Notes: generated by a model not told the origin, from the letters alone. A DNA stretch of 47,462 bases from Patescibacteria group bacterium (GCA_049319825.1 JBMORT010000002.1:337230-384691), one strand, 5' to 3'. Numbered from the stretch's first letter, positions 20,241-30,424 are shown. Translations and numbers: made by a program.

Positions 20241-21107
20241 ATGAAAGGAATCATTTTAGCCGGAGGAGCCAGCACGCGCTTATATCCGGCCACTTTGGCC
20301 ATGTGCAAACAATTGCTGCCGATCTACGACAAGCCGATGGTTTATTATCCGCTTTCGACTTTAATCATGGCCGGCATCAGGGATATTTTAATAATCTCAA
20401 CCCCAAAGGACTTGCCCAGATTTAAGGATTTGTTCGGAGATGGCGCGCAGCTGGGACTGAATTTGCAATATCAGCAGCAAGAAAAACCCCGCGGCCTGGC
20501 CGAAGCTTTTATTTTGGGAAAAAAATTTATCGGTAAAGACAAAGTCTGTCTGGTTTTGGGCGACAATATTTTTTACGGCCCCGGATTCGAAGAAATGCTG
20601 GCTCGCGCAGCGAATTTGGAAGCGGGAGCAGTGGTATTCGGCTATTATGTCGGTAATCCTCAGCGCTACGGCGTGGTTGAATTCGATCAGTCGGGAAAAG
20701 CTGTTTCCATCGAGGAAAAACCCGATACGCCTAAATCAAATTACGCGGTGGTCGGATTGTATTTTTATGATAATGAAGTGGTTAAAATCGCCAGAGACGT
20801 CAAACCCTCATGGCGCAATGAATTGGAAATCACCGATATCAACAACGAATATTTAAAACAAGGGAAGCTAAAAGTCGAATTGATGGATAAAGGATTTGCC
20901 TGGCTCGATACCGGGACTTTTCAAAGCTATGCTGACGCTTCGGTTTATATTAAGGCGATTGAGGAGCGGCAGGGAATAAAAATCGGCTGCATCGAGGAAG
21001 CCGCTTATCGCCGGGGGTTTATCGACTCTGAGCAGCTGCGTCGCGTGGCCGAGCCGTTGGTCAAGAGCGGTTATGGAGAATATTTGATAAATTTAATAAA
21101 TAAATAA
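20241..21107 (+). CDS. rfbA: Glucose-1-phosphate thymidylyltransferase
   Basis: Opens [18 protein letters not shown] and has the LGDNIFYG block. 288 aa. Confidence 0.95.
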   Translation: MKGIILAGGASTRLYPATLAMCKQLLPIYDKPMVYYPLSTLIMAGIRDILIISTPKDLPRFKDLFGDGAQLGLNLQYQQQEKPRGLAEAFILGKKFIGKDKVCLVLGDNIFYGPGFEEMLARAANLEAGAVVFGYYVGNPQRYGVVEFDQSGKAVSIEEKPDTPKSNYAVVGLYFYDNEVVKIARDVKPSWRNELEITDINNEYLKQGKLKVELMDKGFAWLDTGTFQSYADASVYIKAIEERQGIKIGCIEEAAYRRGFIDSEQLRRVAEPLVKSGYGEYLINLINK

Positions 21108-21117
21108 AAATAAAATT

Positions 21118-21990
21118 ATGGAATTCAATTACTCGGCATTAGTGAAAAAATCATGGAAAGACGCTTGGAAAAACAAGCTGCTTTGGCTGTTTGGTATTTT
21201 TATCGCTTCCGGAGTGGAGGGTATTAATTATCGGGACAGCTTTGATTTGCAAGCGATGCAGACCGAAGCGTTCAGCTGGACTCAAAGCGGCATTCCGCGT
21301 GGAGCATATTTGGTTATCACCGTTGTCGGGATTATTTTGTTGATCGTGTTTTTTATTCTGTCGATCATCGCCACCAGCGCGATCATCAAGGGTGTGGCCA
21401 ACGTCGGCACGGGCGCGAAAAACAAATTTAAAGAATTATGGAAGCTGGGCGTCGAGAGATTTTGGAAAATTTTCGCTTTGGAATTGATTGTCGCTTTGGC
21501 GGTATTGGTTTTGATGGCTCCGGCGCTGCTTATATTTTTGGGCGTCGGCTGGCTGTCGATTGTCGTGATGATCTGGATTTTGCTGGTAATCATCGGGTTG
21601 GTCGCCATCGGTAATTTTATGTATTACATTCTTGGATACGCGATTATTGATAATAAAGATATCAAAGAATCAATTTTATTCGGCTGGAAATTGTTTGCAA
21701 ACAATTTAAAAATTTCTATCTTGGTTTCTTTGATCAGCTTGGGTTTAGCCATCGCTTTCGCTCTCGGATTGGCGCTGGCCGTGGTGATCGCGCTTATTCC
21801 TTTCGTGTTGCTTGGGTTTTTATTGGGACTGGCCGGACCGCTCGGCGCCTTGATTGCCGGGATTCTGGCCGCGCTGGTGGTGCTGGCGCTGGTGCTGGCG
21901 GCGCGCGGACTCATGAATACTTTTTTATATTCACTTGGAGTATACACATTCATGGAGTTGACCGAGCGCAGCGTTTTGAAAGGCAAGTAA
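21118..21990 (+). CDS. Hypothetical polytopic membrane protein (290 aa)
   Basis: Six or more hydrophobic helices. No motif recognised. Confidence 0.75.
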   Translation: MEFNYSALVKKSWKDAWKNKLLWLFGIFIASGVEGINYRDSFDLQAMQTEAFSWTQSGIPRGAYLVITVVGIILLIVFFILSIIATSAIIKGVANVGTGAKNKFKELWKLGVERFWKIFALELIVALAVLVLMAPALLIFLGVGWLSIVVMIWILLVIIGLVAIGNFMYYILGYAIIDNKDIKESILFGWKLFANNLKISILVSLISLGLAIAFALGLALAVVIALIPFVLLGFLLGLAGPLGALIAGILAALVVLALVLAARGLMNTFLYSLGVYTFMELTERSVLKGK

Positions 21991-21997
21991 TAAAATT

Positions 21998-22027
21998 AAA
22001 AAACAGGCTGGTCAGGCCTGTTTTTAT
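21998..22027. terminator. Bidirectional terminator
   Basis: AAAAAACAGGC-tggtcag-GCCTGTTTTTA between convergent genes. Confidence 0.65.
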
Positions 22028-22028
22028 T

Positions 22029-23360
22029 TTATCGGATATCTAATTTCCAAAGCTTTTCATCGGCCAACAAGAATACATTCTTTTTGTCATTATCAAAAAA
22101 GAAATCGTCAATCTTCAGATCGTCCGGCGTTAACTGCCAGACATTATGCTTTTCTCGGTTGTCGAGCTCGATCATTTTCAATTTGTTTTCATGAAGCACG
22201 GCCAGATAATTATTGTTAAGCCACTGAATTTTTTCGATCGGCGTACTGTAGCGCACGATGAGGTCGGCTTGGGGAACGTCGGCCTTGAGAGATAAAGTGA
22301 ATATTTCAAAATCATTGTAAACAGCCATTAATTTATCTTCTGCCAGAAATGAATATCGATCACAGCCGTCAATTTTTATTTTTGTTTCATCGATGTCTCT
22401 CGATATCACGTACAGTGAGTCGGTTTTATGGTCAATGATGATAAGCGAATCATTGACGAAGGAATCAATGCTGAATTTGGCTGAAGGTAATTTGATTTGT
22501 TCGATGATTTTATCGGGATTCTGGATGGCTGACAAATTCAGATTGGCGCCGGCTTCGTTGTCGACGATGGTGTATAGCCGATCGCCAAATACCGCGAAGT
22601 CAATGATGTCAATGGTTTGGTCATCGATTATTTTTTCGAAGACCGGAGACTGCCCCAGCAAATTTATTTGCCAAAGCTGATGGGCGTTTGAAAAATAAAT
22701 GAAGTGTTCGTTTTCGTCGCCCCATTTGATGATTTCCGGGTCGATGGCCAGTGCGGGTAATGTTTGGCGATAAGAGTTGTCGCTGGCGATAATTTGATAT
22801 TGTCCAGCCTCGTCTAGGAGAAGAAATTTTTGAAGCTTGGGACTAGCGTCAATAATCCGCGTGCGGCCGTCAAAAGAGGCGATCGGCGTCAGTTGACCGC
22901 TGGACAGGTCAAAGCAGGCATAATTCGTTTTTTGAGCATCGTCGGTTTCGGCCAGAACGCATTTGGCCGCGGCTCGCGTCGCGGCGATATCTCCGCCGGC
23001 CAGTGCGACCGGCGAAGCGTCCTTGAATAAAACGATATTTTCGGCAAAAGTGGTGCTTTGAGATCTGATTTCCAATTCTTTTTGCCAGGATTTATAGCCG
23101 TCTCTTTTGGCTTCGATTAAATATTTATTTGGGAAAATGTTGGTGATATGAGCGGGGGTATCGGTTTTTTCTAGAGTGCCGTTTAAAAATATTTGAGTTG
23201 ATTTGGGTTCGGTTTCGATAAAAAGCGCTCCGGTTTTTTTCAATTCATTTTTTTTAAAGTTATAACGGTATCCGGCGGTGTATAAAATTAAAATCGGCGC
23301 GCTGATCATAAAGCCGATTATGAATATGGAGGCGATTATTCTTCGGATTTTTATTGTCAT
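22029..23360 (-). CDS. PEGA-domain membrane-anchored protein
   Basis: N-terminal TM, then a PEGA-like block (LFIETEPKSTQIFLNGT...YLIEAKRDGYKSW). The remainder is beta-rich. Confidence 0.8.
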   Translation of the reverse strand: MTIKIRRIIASIFIIGFMISAPILILYTAGYRYNFKKNELKKTGALFIETEPKSTQIFLNGTLEKTDTPAHITNIFPNKYLIEAKRDGYKSWQKELEIRSQSTTFAENIVLFKDASPVALAGGDIAATRAAAKCVLAETDDAQKTNYACFDLSSGQLTPIASFDGRTRIIDASPKLQKFLLLDEAGQYQIIASDNSYRQTLPALAIDPEIIKWGDENEHFIYFSNAHQLWQINLLGQSPVFEKIIDDQTIDIIDFAVFGDRLYTIVDNEAGANLNLSAIQNPDKIIEQIKLPSAKFSIDSFVNDSLIIIDHKTDSLYVISRDIDETKIKIDGCDRYSFLAEDKLMAVYNDFEIFTLSLKADVPQADLIVRYSTPIEKIQWLNNNYLAVLHENKLKMIELDNREKHNVWQLTPDDLKIDDFFFDNDKKNVFLLADEKLWKLDIR

Positions 23361-23499
23361 AAATAATTGATCGATTGTTTCAATATCAATTTATATCATC
23401 ATAGCTTATTTTTTTCAACAAATCCACCGCTGATTTTGTTCAAACTGTAAAAATATGGTATATTATTACTAACTTCAACAATTAATTTACAAATTTTTT

Positions 23500-23799
23500 A
23501 TGACCAAAAAAGAAATTTTAAATGCCAATATCATCAATCTGCTGGGCATCGAAGCATTACCTCAAGATCGCCAGGTCTCGATATTGGATCAGGTGAGTGA
23601 TTTGGTGCAGCGACGGATTGTGCTGCGGGTGATGGATTCACTTAAAGACGAGCAAAAAGAAAAGATGGCAGCACTGGAAAATGATTACGAGGCGCTGGCC
23701 GAATATTTGGCAAAAAATATTCCCGGTCTGGAGAAAATCACCCAGGAAGAAATTATTAAGGTTAAAACAGAGCTGCTTGATGTTCTGCCCAAGGAGTAA
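23500..23799 (+). CDS. Small helical hypothetical protein (99 aa)
   Basis: Clean ORF 16 nt upstream of the next gene. No motif recognised. Confidence 0.65.
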   Translation: MTKKEILNANIINLLGIEALPQDRQVSILDQVSDLVQRRIVLRVMDSLKDEQKEKMAALENDYEALAEYLAKNIPGLEKITQEEIIKVKTELLDVLPKE

Positions 23800-23815
23800 T
23801 TAATATTTTATTAAT

Positions 23816-26800
23816 ATGGATCAAAAAAATATGGAGTCCCGGCCGGCGCGGCCGGACGAAGAGCTGAGTGAGCTGCCCGCAGAGCCGGAAAAGCTGGCTC
23901 AGGAATTGGCAATGTCGGCAGAAACCGAAAAAAAAGAGGCTGTTGGATTTTTCCGCGGTCTTTTCGGCCGAGGTAAGTGGCAAAAAAAAGAACAAAGTCT
24001 GGCCAAACTGGAGGCGGCGCAGCAGGCAGTGGAGCAGAAAGTGCAGGAATTCAAACAAAAAACGGAAGAGATTTTATCAGCTGATCAGCAGGAAAAAAAA
24101 GGATTGCTTGATACTGCCAGAGAAAAATTCGTTGAGGCAGCGAGAAAATTAAAAAAATATGAAGGACTGCGCGGCTGTTTGCGGCGCTTGCGCGATCGGT
24201 TTGAAGCGGCGGACGCCATTAACGCGCATCAGGAGGCGAAACATAATTATATCGAATCCAGGGCGGAATTTGTCGGCGACAGCGTTGAAAAACATCTTAA
24301 AGAAAGCATGGCTTTGGCCGATAAGCAGGCAGAAGCGTTCGCGGCCGACCGTGGTTGGGGGCGTAAATTTTATGACAGCTATAAAAAGCTCGGTGAGTGG
24401 AATTTGACCAAGCTGGGCTGGGAACCGAAAGGCAGAATCGGCCGGCTGGTGGCCCGAGCGGCCAGCGTCCGAACGGCGATCAGCCTTGGCTTGCTAGCCG
24501 GTGGCTCGGTTTTGGCGGCGACCGGCGCGGCCGCGGCCGCGGGAGGAATTTTCGTGGCGCGCCGAGCGCTGGGCGGTTTGGGCGCCGGCGTCGGTTCATA
24601 TGATTTGATGAAAATGGTGGCCGATCGCAAATTAAGCGGGGAAGTCAATGATGATAAGCTAAAGCAGATGCCGGTCGATGAGATTAGAAAAAGACTTGAA
24701 TATTTTGAGGCGGCGGCTCCGCTCAGCGGTAAAAAACCTTCGGAAATAGATTTTTATAATAAGCTGGCAATCGAATATTCGGCTCGGATAAAAAGTGATT
24801 TGTCCGCCGCCGAGCATTCTTTGAAAACAGAGGCGGCCGAACCGCCGACCAGTTTTGAAAACATAAAAGATCAAGAGTTTGATAGACAAAAAAATCAAAT
24901 CAATTCGCTCTTGGTTAGAGAATTGAAACTGATGACCGCCGGGCTGGCGCAGAAAGAGCGCGCCCAGAAAGCACAGGGAGCGGCAAAGGCAGAAGCCGAG
25001 CGTTCAATCGAATGGTTGGCTCAGGAAATGGATAAACTCGGTGAGGAAATGATCGGCCATGGTCGGGCGGCTGAAATGATCATTGAATTTTTGGAAAAAA
25101 ATAATTTGGTTGACAATCCGGCCTTGGCTTTGCGCCAGCAAGGCAAGGATTTCGCGCTTAAACCCGAATACGATATGGATTTGGAGGAATATCTCAAAGC
25201 CGACAATGATTTTCAAAAGATGATTGAATCGGCGGCCATGGAGACTTTTCGGGAAGTCGCCGCCGCCGCCGACGCCGAGCGGAAACGGGCGGCCGAGAGA
25301 GCGATGTTGATCCAAACAAAATTATCTCAGCTGGCGGCGGAGAGCTTAAATGATATTGATCGCCGGCGTAAAAAATCAAAAAAGAATAATCGTTTGATGA
25401 AGGGCATCGCCGCCGGCGTGGGGGTCTTTGTCGGATCTGGCGGCACCAGCTGGTTGATGAAGAATATGTTTTTTGAAGGCGAGGCTCATGCCAGTGAAAT
25501 CAACGGAGAAAACATGGTGTATAATCCGGATTATCCGGCTGAAGCGCTGCCGCAGTTTCCATTGGCCGAGGCTGTTGACGCCCCGAAAATTCCGGTCGAG
25601 ACGGGTACGGTGGTTTATGAAATTCCGGCCGAGCAGCTGCCGATCGTGGCCGCGCCGCCGGCTGATTCAATAGCGGTGCCGGCATTGGAAATTAAATCCG
25701 GAGGGGCTGAGGCGCTGGCTGTTGATTTCGAGGCGCCGGAAATGGTGATCACTCCGCTCAAAGCCGTGACCGCGCTAAAGCCGGGCGAAGGCATTCTTAG
25801 CGGCATTAATCGAATTTTAAATCAAGATCCTGATTTGAAAAATATTTTTAATACTCCGGCTGAATTGCGGCGATGGAAGATCGGCCAGCTGAAAAATTTG
25901 GGATTTGAAATGAAAGGATCACGTTGGATTTCTCCCGTCACCGTGCACGAGGGCGATCAGGTGGAGATTATCAAGCGACCGGATGGTTCGCTCGATCTTC
26001 AAGTAACAGCCAAGCCGGCCGCGGCGCTGTCGCCGGAAGAATATCTGGCCAAACAGCGAATCCGCGAATTCATGCCGCCCAGAAAGTTAAAATTAACCGA
26101 ACCGGAGAAATTAAAAGCGCTGCTTAACCGTCAGCTGGAATGGGCGTTTTCGGAAAAAGGGCCGATGACGCTCGATGAAGAAATGACGCGGCAGCTGGAA
26201 TGGGCATTTTCTGAAAAAGGACCGAAGACTTTTAACGAGGAAATGAGAGGCCAACTAGAGCGCTGGTTCACCGGCCCCGAGTCAAAAACGGTGCCGGACC
26301 CGGGATTGGATAGTAAAATCGCCGCGGCTAAGCCGGCCGGCAAAGTGGCCGCTGAATCATTGCTCGATCAGCCAATACCGGACAAACCGGCGGCCGAGGA
26401 GCTGTTAAGCAAAAAAATTCCATCAAAACCGAGTACCGCCATGGAAACGGTGATCAAGCCAAAATCAGTGGCGGCCGCGGCGCCAGAAGCGGTCGGTCGT
26501 CCGTCCGGAAATGCTGGACCGATTTTCGAGACAGTGCCCGGCGTTTATGGATTTAATTCCGAGAGCATTGCCGGCGGTCGCATAATCGTCAAGCCGCTGA
26601 CCGGCGGCGGCTATCAAGCTTTTGTCGAAGGGCAGGTCAAGCTCAGCCAGGCGGATTTGGTAAAAAAGGGCGTCTTAGCCAAGGATTTTCAGGCTAAACT
26701 ATTAGAAAGATATCAGGATCGGGCACCGCTGATCAGGCAGGCGGTGGAGGGAGTGGCGAGACGGATATATTTGCATGAGGAAGCTTTGCGTATTGCTAAG

Positions 26801-26896
26801 GCACAAGGCAATAAAGAGCTGGTTAATGCATTAAAAAAGACGGTGCAAGCGCTCCGATTGGCCAACTATCGCCGTTTTGGCAATCTTTTTGCTTGA
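23816..26896 (+). CDS. Large coiled-coil membrane protein (1026 aa), hypothetical
   Basis: Long heptad-like charged segments and two Gly/Ala-rich hydrophobic segments. Pro/Ala-rich linker regions. Confidence 0.85.
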   Translation: MDQKNMESRPARPDEELSELPAEPEKLAQELAMSAETEKKEAVGFFRGLFGRGKWQKKEQSLAKLEAAQQAVEQKVQEFKQKTEEILSADQQEKKGLLDTAREKFVEAARKLKKYEGLRGCLRRLRDRFEAADAINAHQEAKHNYIESRAEFVGDSVEKHLKESMALADKQAEAFAADRGWGRKFYDSYKKLGEWNLTKLGWEPKGRIGRLVARAASVRTAISLGLLAGGSVLAATGAAAAAGGIFVARRALGGLGAGVGSYDLMKMVADRKLSGEVNDDKLKQMPVDEIRKRLEYFEAAAPLSGKKPSEIDFYNKLAIEYSARIKSDLSAAEHSLKTEAAEPPTSFENIKDQEFDRQKNQINSLLVRELKLMTAGLAQKERAQKAQGAAKAEAERSIEWLAQEMDKLGEEMIGHGRAAEMIIEFLEKNNLVDNPALALRQQGKDFALKPEYDMDLEEYLKADNDFQKMIESAAMETFREVAAAADAERKRAAERAMLIQTKLSQLAAESLNDIDRRRKKSKKNNRLMKGIAAGVGVFVGSGGTSWLMKNMFFEGEAHASEINGENMVYNPDYPAEALPQFPLAEAVDAPKIPVETGTVVYEIPAEQLPIVAAPPADSIAVPALEIKSGGAEALAVDFEAPEMVITPLKAVTALKPGEGILSGINRILNQDPDLKNIFNTPAELRRWKIGQLKNLGFEMKGSRWISPVTVHEGDQVEIIKRPDGSLDLQVTAKPAAALSPEEYLAKQRIREFMPPRKLKLTEPEKLKALLNRQLEWAFSEKGPMTLDEEMTRQLEWAFSEKGPKTFNEEMRGQLERWFTGPESKTVPDPGLDSKIAAAKPAGKVAAESLLDQPIPDKPAAEELLSKKIPSKPSTAMETVIKPKSVAAAAPEAVGRPSGNAGPIFETVPGVYGFNSESIAGGRIIVKPLTGGGYQAFVEGQVKLSQADLVKKGVLAKDFQAKLLERYQDRAPLIRQAVEGVARRIYLHEEALRIAKAQGNKELVNALKKTVQALRLANYRRFGNLFA
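26129..26272 (+). repeat. In-frame tandem 60-bp repeat (2.4 copies) inside the 1026-aa gene
   Basis: RQLEWAFSEKGPMTLDEEMT / RQLEWAFSEKGPKTFNEEMR / GQLERWFT. Confidence 0.8.
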
Positions 26897-26928
26897 TAAA
26901 GAAATTTTATTTGAAGATTTATGTATAA

Positions 26929-26957
26929 TTGACATTTTTAATTATATATGCTATAAT
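26929..26957 (+). promoter_or_regulatory. Consensus promoter TTGACA-17-TATAAT
   Basis: Hexamers at 26929-26934 and 26952-26957. Confidence 0.6.
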
Positions 26958-26970
26958 ATATTATATAACC

Positions 26971-27192
26971 ATGTCAGGAGGGAAAATGAGGAAAGGAACC
27001 ATTCGCAGTCTTTTGACAGCCTTACTGTGTCTGGTCTGTTTGACCCTGGTGTCAAATGAAGTTTTTAACATCAGCTACTTGCCGGCTCACCAGATCGCCG
27101 TTTTGTCCATGGTGATCTGGATCATTTCCTGCCTGGCCGGTTACGGCGTTTTCTGCGTCGTTAGACGACAGACTCATCAACAATTTAGTTAG
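26971..27192 (+). CDS. Small two-TM membrane protein
   Basis: ATG 26971 is 14 nt after the -10 box. The alternative ATG 26986 follows AGGAGGG. Two hydrophobic helices. Confidence 0.5.
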   Translation: MSGGKMRKGTIRSLLTALLCLVCLTLVSNEVFNISYLPAHQIAVLSMVIWIISCLAGYGVFCVVRRQTHQQFS

Positions 27193-27330
27193 CGCAAGTC
27201 GTTTAAAACGTGCTTGCGCGCAGTACCTTAATCTAAACCGTTGGTCGAGATCAAGGTATTGCGCGAATTTACCGCAGGCAATAAAAAAACACCACTCAAG
27301 ATGGTGTTTTTTGCTGAACAAAATTCCGGC

Positions 27331-27407
27331 TGGCGGATCGGACGGGACTCGAACCCGCGATCTCCGCCGTGACAGGGCGGCGTGTTAACCAACTACACCA
27401 CCGATCC
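27331..27407 (-). tRNA. tRNA-Asp (GUC), CCA encoded
   Basis: Minus strand: GGATCGG TG GTGTAGTTGGTTAACAC G CCGCC CTGTCAC GGCGG AGATC GCGGG TTCGAGT CCCGT CCGATCC G CCA. Full cloverleaf with a TTCGAGT T-loop. Confidence 0.93.
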
Positions 27408-27480
27408 ATCAGCCGGAGTTTTGTTATCTTTAAATGCCGGTCGGTAAATACCGGCCGTCATGTCGTAAAACGACGTAAAC

Positions 27481-27509
27481 ATTATAACTTGTCGGCTAGT
27501 ATAAGTCAA
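27481..27509 (-). promoter_or_regulatory. Promoter for tRNA-Asp (TTGACT-17-TATAAT)
   Basis: Minus-strand hexamers at 27504-27509 and 27481-27486. Confidence 0.5.
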
Positions 27510-27565
27510 GCGCGCTTGCATTTACTTGAACGCGGCGTTGAGCTATAATTAATTTATAGTTTCAT

Positions 27566-28267
27566 ATGAGGAAATTAAAAAACATTCAATCCAACCAAGA
27601 TAAGTTGGTAGACGACATTTTGGAAAAACTCCGGTCGGGCCGAGCCGGGCAAGAAATTAATTTTTACCCGGAATCTCAGACGAAAACCCGCACCAGGCGG
27701 AATTCGGTTTCATCATTGCCAAAAAAGAAAGATCAGTCCGCATCGAACCGACGCCCCGCAGTCAGCCCGGCGCATTTTAAAGACGAGGCCCAAGAATTTA
27801 TCGAATCGATGAACACAGCCGAAGAAACTTGCTTCGACCAGATGATGGGGGCAGTTAGCGCTGAAACGGAGAGAGAGAGAGTGGAAAATCTTCGCCGCTA
27901 CTTAAAACAAAACCGCGCTTCAATCCCTAACCGTTTGGTCGCTAATTTGCGTTTTTTTCCGTCACTGCTTAAGTATTATCTGTTGGCCGACACCGACCAT
28001 CGCCTCAAGCCCAGACCGGCGTTGCTTTTAAATCAGCCATCGCTTCGTTTATTGCCGACAGCAAAGCTGGTGCGCGCCAGAATATCCGGTTTAAAAATTA
28101 AACGACAAAATGAAAAATTCAAGCGTCGTCTCCGGCAAAGAATAAAGCGTGAATTTTATCTTGACATCAAATCTCCCAGTGGAGAGGAAAAAGAAGCGAT
28201 TGAAAATTTATTGGAAATTTCTTCAAAATTTAGACAACTGTACGAAGAATATAAGAAAATAAAATAA
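27566..28267 (+). CDS. Basic hypothetical protein (233 aa)
   Basis: Clean ORF, Lys/Arg-rich, followed by a terminator hairpin. Confidence 0.65.
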   Translation: MRKLKNIQSNQDKLVDDILEKLRSGRAGQEINFYPESQTKTRTRRNSVSSLPKKKDQSASNRRPAVSPAHFKDEAQEFIESMNTAEETCFDQMMGAVSAETERERVENLRRYLKQNRASIPNRLVANLRFFPSLLKYYLLADTDHRLKPRPALLLNQPSLRLLPTAKLVRARISGLKIKRQNEKFKRRLRQRIKREFYLDIKSPSGEEKEAIENLLEISSKFRQLYEEYKKIK

Positions 28268-28292
28268 GCCGATTCAGCGTGAATCGGCTTTG
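28267..28292 (+). terminator. Terminator hairpin
   Basis: AGCCGATTCA-gcg-TGAATCGGCT followed by TTT. Confidence 0.55.
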
Positions 28293-28633
28293 GCTTTGTA
28301 TAAAGCAAAGACGCAGACGAATAAATAGAAGAGCCGCTCCTTCTGCTCTTGGGGCAGAGCGGATCGCTCGATGTGCAGGGAATAAATGGGATATTTTTTC
28401 CCCCCGCGCAGCAATGAATCAACGAGCAATGGCAAATCGACTAAATGTTTTTTTATAATATCACCGCTGAAGCATTGGCAAAAAACGGTCAGTGCTTCCG
28501 CTTCAAAATACGATAATCTGATAAAAACATATTTCAGCCAACTTTTGAGTGATTTTTTGCCCCGCAGCCGATTGAGCAATTGATTTTTCCTGGAGGCTGG
28601 ATTTGTCTGTCTATCGCAGCGCTTGTTTTCCAT
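28274..28633 (-). CDS. Hypothetical protein (119 aa)
   Basis: GGAG lies 6 nt before the ATG. The C-terminal LPQEQKERLFYLF weakly resembles a sigma region-4 segment, but the ORF ends soon after it. Confidence 0.45.
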   Translation of the reverse strand: MENKRCDRQTNPASRKNQLLNRLRGKKSLKSWLKYVFIRLSYFEAEALTVFCQCFSGDIIKKHLVDLPLLVDSLLRGGKKYPIYSLHIERSALPQEQKERLFYLFVCVFALYKAKADSR

Positions 28634-28690
28634 GTTAAGCTCCGGTTTTGTTTTAGTTTAATAATATACATCAAATATTTTGTTTTGTCA

Positions 28691-28724
28691 AAACAAAAAT
28701 CAACCCTGCTTGGGTTGATTTTTG
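28691..28724 (-). terminator. rplT terminator
   Basis: AATCAACCC-aagca-GGGTTGATT followed by TTTTTGTTTT on the minus strand. Confidence 0.65.
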
Positions 28725-28727
28725 TGA

Positions 28728-29072
28728 TTATTTGATCGCGTCAATAATTTTTTCAAATATTTGAGGATTATGCTCGGCAATATCAGCCAGAATTTTCCTG
28801 TCCAAGCCGACTTTTTTTACCTTGAGTTGATTGATGAACTTGCTGTAGCTCAGCCCGTATTCTCTGACAGCCGCATTGAGTTTGATTTGCCAAAGTTGTC
28901 TGGCGACGCGTTTCTTGGCTCGCCGGTCTCGGTGCGCGTACGCGCCCGCTTTTAAGACCGCTGTTTTTGCCAGCCGAATGGTTTTTTTTCGGCGGTGGCG
29001 ATATCCTTTCGCTTGTTTAAGCAGTTTTTTCCTGCGCTTTAAATGAGATTTTCCTCTTTTAACTCTTGGCAT
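28728..29072 (-). CDS. rplT: Ribosomal protein L20
   Basis: Opens MPRVKRG..., contains KGYRHRRKK. 114 aa. Confidence 0.95.
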   Translation of the reverse strand: MPRVKRGKSHLKRRKKLLKQAKGYRHRRKKTIRLAKTAVLKAGAYAHRDRRAKKRVARQLWQIKLNAAVREYGLSYSKFINQLKVKKVGLDRKILADIAEHNPQIFEKIIDAIK

Positions 29073-29134
29073 AATATTTCATGATAGATTGTAAGCTTAA
29101 AATTAGATGTCGTTTTCCGCTTTATTATCTATTA

Positions 29135-29332
29135 TTAATTATAAGGCATGGCCTGCTTCAGTAATTTATTGACTGTTTTAGACATTTGAATATCGCTTCT
29201 TTTCAGCCTGACCTGTTTGCCCGTGTCTCGAGTATTAAAATGATCTTGCCCGCTGCGTCTGGCGATCACTTTTTTATTCTTGGTGATTTTGATTCTTTTG
29301 TTCACCGCTTGGGTGGTTTTCATTTTTCCCAT
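29135..29332 (-). CDS. rpmI: Ribosomal protein L35
   Basis: MGKMKTTQAVNKRIKIT matches the MPKMKT opening. The start is trimmed from the track ORF to the ATG 1 nt after the infC stop. Confidence 0.9.
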   Translation of the reverse strand: MGKMKTTQAVNKRIKITKNKKVIARRSGQDHFNTRDTGKQVRLKRSDIQMSKTVNKLLKQAMPYN

Positions 29333-29333
29333 A

Positions 29334-29882
29334 TTATGATTTTGGCGCCACGACCGCTGACAATTTGCTTCCTTGTTTGGAGATGTCTTGCTCAACTACG
29401 TGGTTAATCTGTAGATTATCGATAAAATTTTTAATTAATTCTTTGGTTAATTGAGTATGCTGATGCTCACGGCCGCGTAAAATCGTTTCAACCTTAACTT
29501 TATGTCCTTTATCTAAAAATTTTTCAGCTTGTTTGCGTTTTAATTCCAAATCATGATCACTGATTTTGGCGGATAATCGAATGCCTTTCATTTCCAGCTG
29601 TTTCTGCTGCTTCCTCTGTTTGCGAAGCATTTTTTCCTGTTCATATTGCATTTTGCCGTAATCGGTGAATTTGGCCACCGGCGGTTCTGCTTTTGGTGAA
29701 ACGACCACCAGGTCATAACCTTTTTCTTTGGCCAACATGATTGCTTGGCGAGTGGCCATTACTCCCAGCATGGTGTTTTGTTCGTCGATCACTCGAACTT
29801 CCGGCGATCTGATGCCTTCATTGGTCGGAAATTTAACTTTTACTTGCTTCGGCTTTTTGCCGAATTTGTAATACCTTCTCAT
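29334..29882 (-). CDS. infC: Translation initiation factor IF-3
   Basis: IRSPEVRVIDEQ N-domain and C-domain, in the infC-rpmI-rplT order. Confidence 0.93.
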   Translation of the reverse strand: MRRYYKFGKKPKQVKVKFPTNEGIRSPEVRVIDEQNTMLGVMATRQAIMLAKEKGYDLVVVSPKAEPPVAKFTDYGKMQYEQEKMLRKQRKQQKQLEMKGIRLSAKISDHDLELKRKQAEKFLDKGHKVKVETILRGREHQHTQLTKELIKNFIDNLQINHVVEQDISKQGSKLSAVVAPKS

Positions 29883-29974
29883 TTTTTTATGATTGTTAAT
29901 TTAATCGTAAATCATCACGGCCATTCTTCACTGGCTGCGCCATTCGAAGCCCCGATGACATTCGGAGCGAAGAA

Positions 29975-30363
29975 TGGTGGAGATGGCGGGAATCGAACCC
30001 GCGTCTAGAGATTAAACCGCTGGCGTTTCTACGGAAAGTAGTTCGTTTATGATTGTTCGGCCCGTTCGGTATAAAACAAACAAAATCCGATCAGGCGATA
30101 GCCAGCATAATCTTGGTTGAAGCGTCTGGCAGCGATTCAACCCAGCTCGATAATGGCGCCTGCGTTGCCTATCGAGCATCGGCAGGCAAGCGGTCGCTGG
30201 ATATTAAGCAGCAACAGGAGCAAAAGCCAAAGCGAAAGCGCTTTTTACTTTTGCCAGTACATTATTCGCACTTATTTTGATTGTCAAAAAGTTTAATGAG
30301 CATTTTGACAGCTCATTTCCGCGCGCAAGCAGCTCGCCATCTCTATCGAAGCCGATCATCCCC
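29975..30363 (-). ncRNA. ssrA: tmRNA (SsrA)
   Basis: The 5' end is GGGGATGATCGGCTTCGATAG and the 3' end GCGGGTTCGATTCCCGCCATCTCCACCA. The acceptor stem has a G3:U70 pair. Internal tag frame GCG AAT AAT ... GCT GCT TAA = ANNVLAKVKSAFALAFAPVAA. Lies 61 nt downstream of smpB. Confidence 0.9.
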
Positions 30364-30424
30364 GGGGCACACGTATCATGGAACATTTCGTATTGATTTA
30401 TAATCCATGTCCCATGCGCCATGA

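Noticed and set aside
30053-30422. ORFs 30204-30422 (-) and 30053-30280 (+)
   Set aside because: They lie inside the tmRNA gene. The end of the minus-strand ORF is simply the tag reading frame.
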